This document shows, piece after piece, positions 60,661 to 64,000 of a stretch of DNA of 64,000 bases. Every line of letters begins with the position of its first letter. The stretch's first letter is position 1. A model generated the notes under the pieces. That model searched no databases and was not told the origin of the DNA. It worked only from the letters and a program-made list of their open reading frames with translations. Location: the NCBI GenBank assembly GCA_030324005.1, contig JARDVH010000163.1:91361494-91425493 (forward strand). The letters are read 5' to 3'. Position numbers and translations under genes: made by a program. Source of the DNA: Negaprion brevirostris (Eukaryota).

Positions 60661-61976
60661 ATACCATTTTGGGAATGATATCAGAAAATTATCCTTTGTG
60701 CTCAGAGTGGCCAGCATTGGGATAGATTTGGAGATAAGTGACGAAGGCAAAAACTAGAAGCATATAAGAAACGGTTTGAAGTTCTATTGAGAAAAAAGTG
60801 TTAGGATTATTCTGGCTGGATGTAGCAGGCAAGAAGGTTGGCCTTCCTCATCCATAATTAACTTGTAATCATTTGAAAACAAGAAGTGACTAATGCCATA
60901 GTACTGACAAGTTAAACATAGAACACTACAGCACAAACAGGCCCTTCGGCCCACTAGCTGCGCCGATCACTTCTATACCTACTAAGCCATAGACCTATCT
61001 ATAACCCCCAATCCCATTAGATCCCATATACTCATNNNNNNNNNNNNNNNNNNNNNNNNNNNNNNNNNNNNNNNNNNNNNNNNNNNNNNNNNNNNNNNNN
61101 NNNNNNNNNNNNNNNNNNNNNNNNNNNNNNNNNNNNNNNNNNNNNNNNNNNNNNNNNNNNNNNNNNNNNNNNNNNNNNNNNNNNNNNNNNNNNNNNNNNN
61201 NNNNNNNNNNNNNNNNNNNNNNNNNNNNNNNNNNNNNNNNNNNNNNNNNNNNNNNNNNNNNNNNNNNNNNNNNNNNNNNNNNNNNNNNNNNNNNNNNNNN
61301 NNNNNNNNNNNNNNNNNNNNNNNNNNNNNNNNNNNNNNNNNNNNNNNNNNNNNNNNNNNNNNNNNNNNNNNNNNNNNNNNNNNNNNNNNNNNNNNNNNNN
61401 NNNNNNNNNNNNNNNNNNNNNNNNNNNNNNNNNNNNNNNNNNNNNNNNNNNNNNNNNNNNNNNNNNNNNNNNNNNNNNNNNNNNNNNNNNNNNNNNNNNN
61501 NNNNNNNNNNNNNNATTAGCAGGTAAATATGGCGGGGCAGGCTCGAAGGGCTGGATGGCCTACTCCTGCTCCTGTTTCTTATGTTCTTATGTAGGGATAT
61601 GGGGGGAGGGACTGGGTGGGATTGTGGTCAGTACATACTCAATGGGGCAAATTGTCTCTTTCTGAACTGTTGAGATTCTGTGATTATGTGCAGGGGTAGA
61701 ATAAGGGGCCAGACAAGTAAAATACCATTTTGGGAATAATATCAGAAAATTATCCTTTATGCTCAGAGTGGCCAGCATGTGGGATGGGTTTGGAGATATG
61801 TAATGAAGGCAAAACCTGGAAGCATATCAGAAACAGTTTGAAGTTACATTAAGAAAAAAAGTGTTAGGATTATGCTGGCTGGATGTAGCAGAAAAGAAGA
61901 ATGGCCTTCCTCATCCATAATTAGCTTGCAATCATTTGAAAACAAAAAGTGACTAATACCTTAGTACTGACAAGTT
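60661..61976 (+). repeat. ~255-bp direct duplication (60661-60913 and 61722-61976) flanking CR1 tails and a gap
   Basis: Manual alignment gives about 26 differences over ~255 bp. Confidence 0.9.
60914..61590. mobile_element. Two CR1 3' tails in opposite orientation on either side of a gap
   Basis: AACATAGAACACTACAGCACAAACAGGCCCTTCGGCCCA (minus-strand tail) and GATGGCCTACTCCTGCTCCTGTTTCTTATGTTCTTATG (plus-strand tail). Confidence 0.75.
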
Positions 61977-62988
61977 GTTAAATACTGAAATGTGAAGAAC
62001 CATCCAAGAGGATTTGTCCTGTTGGTGGAACATCTATGCAGATAAGCACTGCAGTTATACATTGTCATGTGTAATGTATGCTATCAAATGTGATTCTCTT
62101 TTGTGTGAGTTAATTTCAACAACGCTCATAGATTTGAAAGATTTTCATATGTTTGCAAAACCTATTTCATATTATATTAGGACCCTCTTTTCAAAGGCCA
62201 TAATCAAAATGAATAATGTCTTTAGTGTACAGTAACTCTTGAAATGAGTTTCTTCCTGAGATACTGATTTCATTTATTGCTGCTGGAATGGTGAACTCAA
62301 TTAACTGGTGGGATGGAAATTATCAAAGCTTTGGATGAAAGGAAAATGACATTTAGATGGAATTAGATTGCAACAGTTTGACCTTATTTATGTTCTTAAA
62401 TCTAAATAATTAGATTGCGTAAAGGCTTGTGAGTCATTATGAAACTGTTGCAAAGATCATTTAGAGCCCATCTTTTAATGATTCAGTTATAGTGTTGCCG
62501 AATACCAACACGCTTATCACAATCCTAAGGAATTACTCCCTTCCAGCCAGATGCCCTTGCGCTCTGGTTGTTTTGGTGCTTGTTACTTGTAACTATTTTT
62601 ATCTTCATGAGATAATCCTGTGTTTTAGATGCCACAATATCATTTTGTAAACAGTGTAGATTTTAGCTTTTACTGGCTGTTGGAAGTGGGCAGCAGTGTG
62701 GAGTTGCACTCTGCCCTATTTCTGCCGATATGCACAAATAGACAGAATATGCAACAATTGGCTAATCCTCTGTCATTCATTTTCTGCCACCATTGAAAAC
62801 TAACAGCTGCCCTTTTTACCAATCAGTTAACAATAATTTAAATATCAAACCCAAAACAATGCTCAACATTTATATGGACTAGATTGGTAGATTTTGTTGA
62901 CACATGCACAGTTTATAAATTATAAATTCTAAAAATTATTTGATGTATTCCAATAATATAAATGGTCTTTAAAATTTGAAGACAATGC

Positions 62989-63411
62989 TGTTATAGTTCA
63001 GGTCAGAAACTCTGAAGTGTTTTATCAAGNNNNNNNNNNNNNNNNNNNNNNNNNNNNNNNNNNNNNNNNNNNNNNNNNNNNNNNNNNNNNNNNNNNNNNN
63101 NNNNNNNNNNNNNNNNNNNNNNNNNNNNNGTGTTTTATCAAGCCTGTCTGAATCACAAGTTTTGCATCTTGAATTTGGCTAGGAAAAGCAAGAGATGTTT
63201 CACTTTGGTGTAATTGAAAAGACTCACCAGGAGGCTTTTATCAAACAAAGTTTATTTAAGATTATAGTTGATATGTACAGTAAGAAAATTAGCAAGAACT
63301 TTTATCATTATAAACAAGAAACAAAACAGACACTATAATGTCTAACATTTAACAAAGATTTCTACAATGTTACAATCAACCCAATGCCTTTTCACAGGTA
63401 AAACATATCAC
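62989..63411 (-). mobile_element. LTR copy homologous to 9008-9681, partial
   Basis: TGTTATAGTTCAGGTCAGAAACTC...CTTTTATCAAACAAAGTT...AAGAACTTTTATCA is collinear with 9008-9300. Confidence 0.75.
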
Positions 63412-63419
63412 AGGTGCAG

Positions 63420-63737
63420 AAATGTGACACAATGGTTAGCACTGCTGCCTCACGGTGCCAGGGACCCGGGTTTGATTCTGGCCTCGGGATTTGTGTGGAG
63501 TTCGCATGTTCTCCCCATGTCTACATGGGATTCCTCCAGGTGCTCCAGTTTGCTCCTATATTCCAAAGATGTGTGGGTTAATTGGCCATGCAAAATTGTC
63601 CCTTAGTATCAGGGGGATTAGCAGAATAAATACATTGGGTTATGGGGAATGGGCCTGGATGGGATTGTTGTCAGTGCAGGTTTAGTGGGCTGAATGGCCT
63701 CCTTCTGTACTGTAGAGATTTGGTGATTCTATGATTC
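63420..63737 (+). mobile_element. V-SINE, full length, CR1-type tail
   Basis: Head ATGGTTAGCACTGCTGCCTCACGGTGCCAGGGACCCGGGTTTGATTC, V-domain, tail GAATGGCCTCCTTCTGTACTGTAG..GATTCTATGATTC. Confidence 0.88.
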
Positions 63738-64000
63738 ACAGACTAATGCTCACGTGATACTGGAAATTGAGACCTTTGGTTGGAGAATTGAAAACTCTCA
63801 GTCTTGATGCACTCAGAACAGATTGAAGTCGGAATAGCTTCCCAGAATATCAGGGACTTTAGGCAAACTACTAACAGCAAATTCTTTTCTTCAGGAAGGC
63901 AAAACCTTGCTTTAAGATCACCAGCAGAATTTCTATATAAAACAGGGAGAGAGAGACTTCTGTTTAGCTTGCTATCCTTGTTCAAACCCAACTGCAGCTC

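Overview
Eukaryotic, repeat-rich, gappy draft sequence. The repeat content (HE1-type V-SINEs, DeuSINE-like SINE, abundant CR1, L2, Rex1, Tx1, Penelope-like and Harbinger elements) points to a cartilaginous fish, probably a shark; this is an inference from repeat families only. I found no intact protein-coding gene, so the window looks intergenic or deep intronic. Most informative items: (i) a 131-bp LRR-coding fragment resembling ISLR/ISLR2 directly after a 10-N gap at 2.0 kb; (ii) a ~5.4-kb decayed two-gene PIF/Harbinger element at 51.8-57.3 kb, with a three-exon Myb/SANT partner on + converging on a HARBI1-type DDE transposase on -; (iii) Penelope-type inverted-repeat elements carrying decayed minimal hammerhead-ribozyme motifs with different stem-II sequences; (iv) V-SINEs with two alternative tails matching CR1 and Rex1 LINE ends in the same window; (v) a candidate 18-nt microexon; (vi) a solo-LTR family, several nested insertions and two local duplications. 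I could not demonstrate a novel biological system. Family assignments are by-eye motif recognition from memory, not database hits, and most boundaries are approximate.
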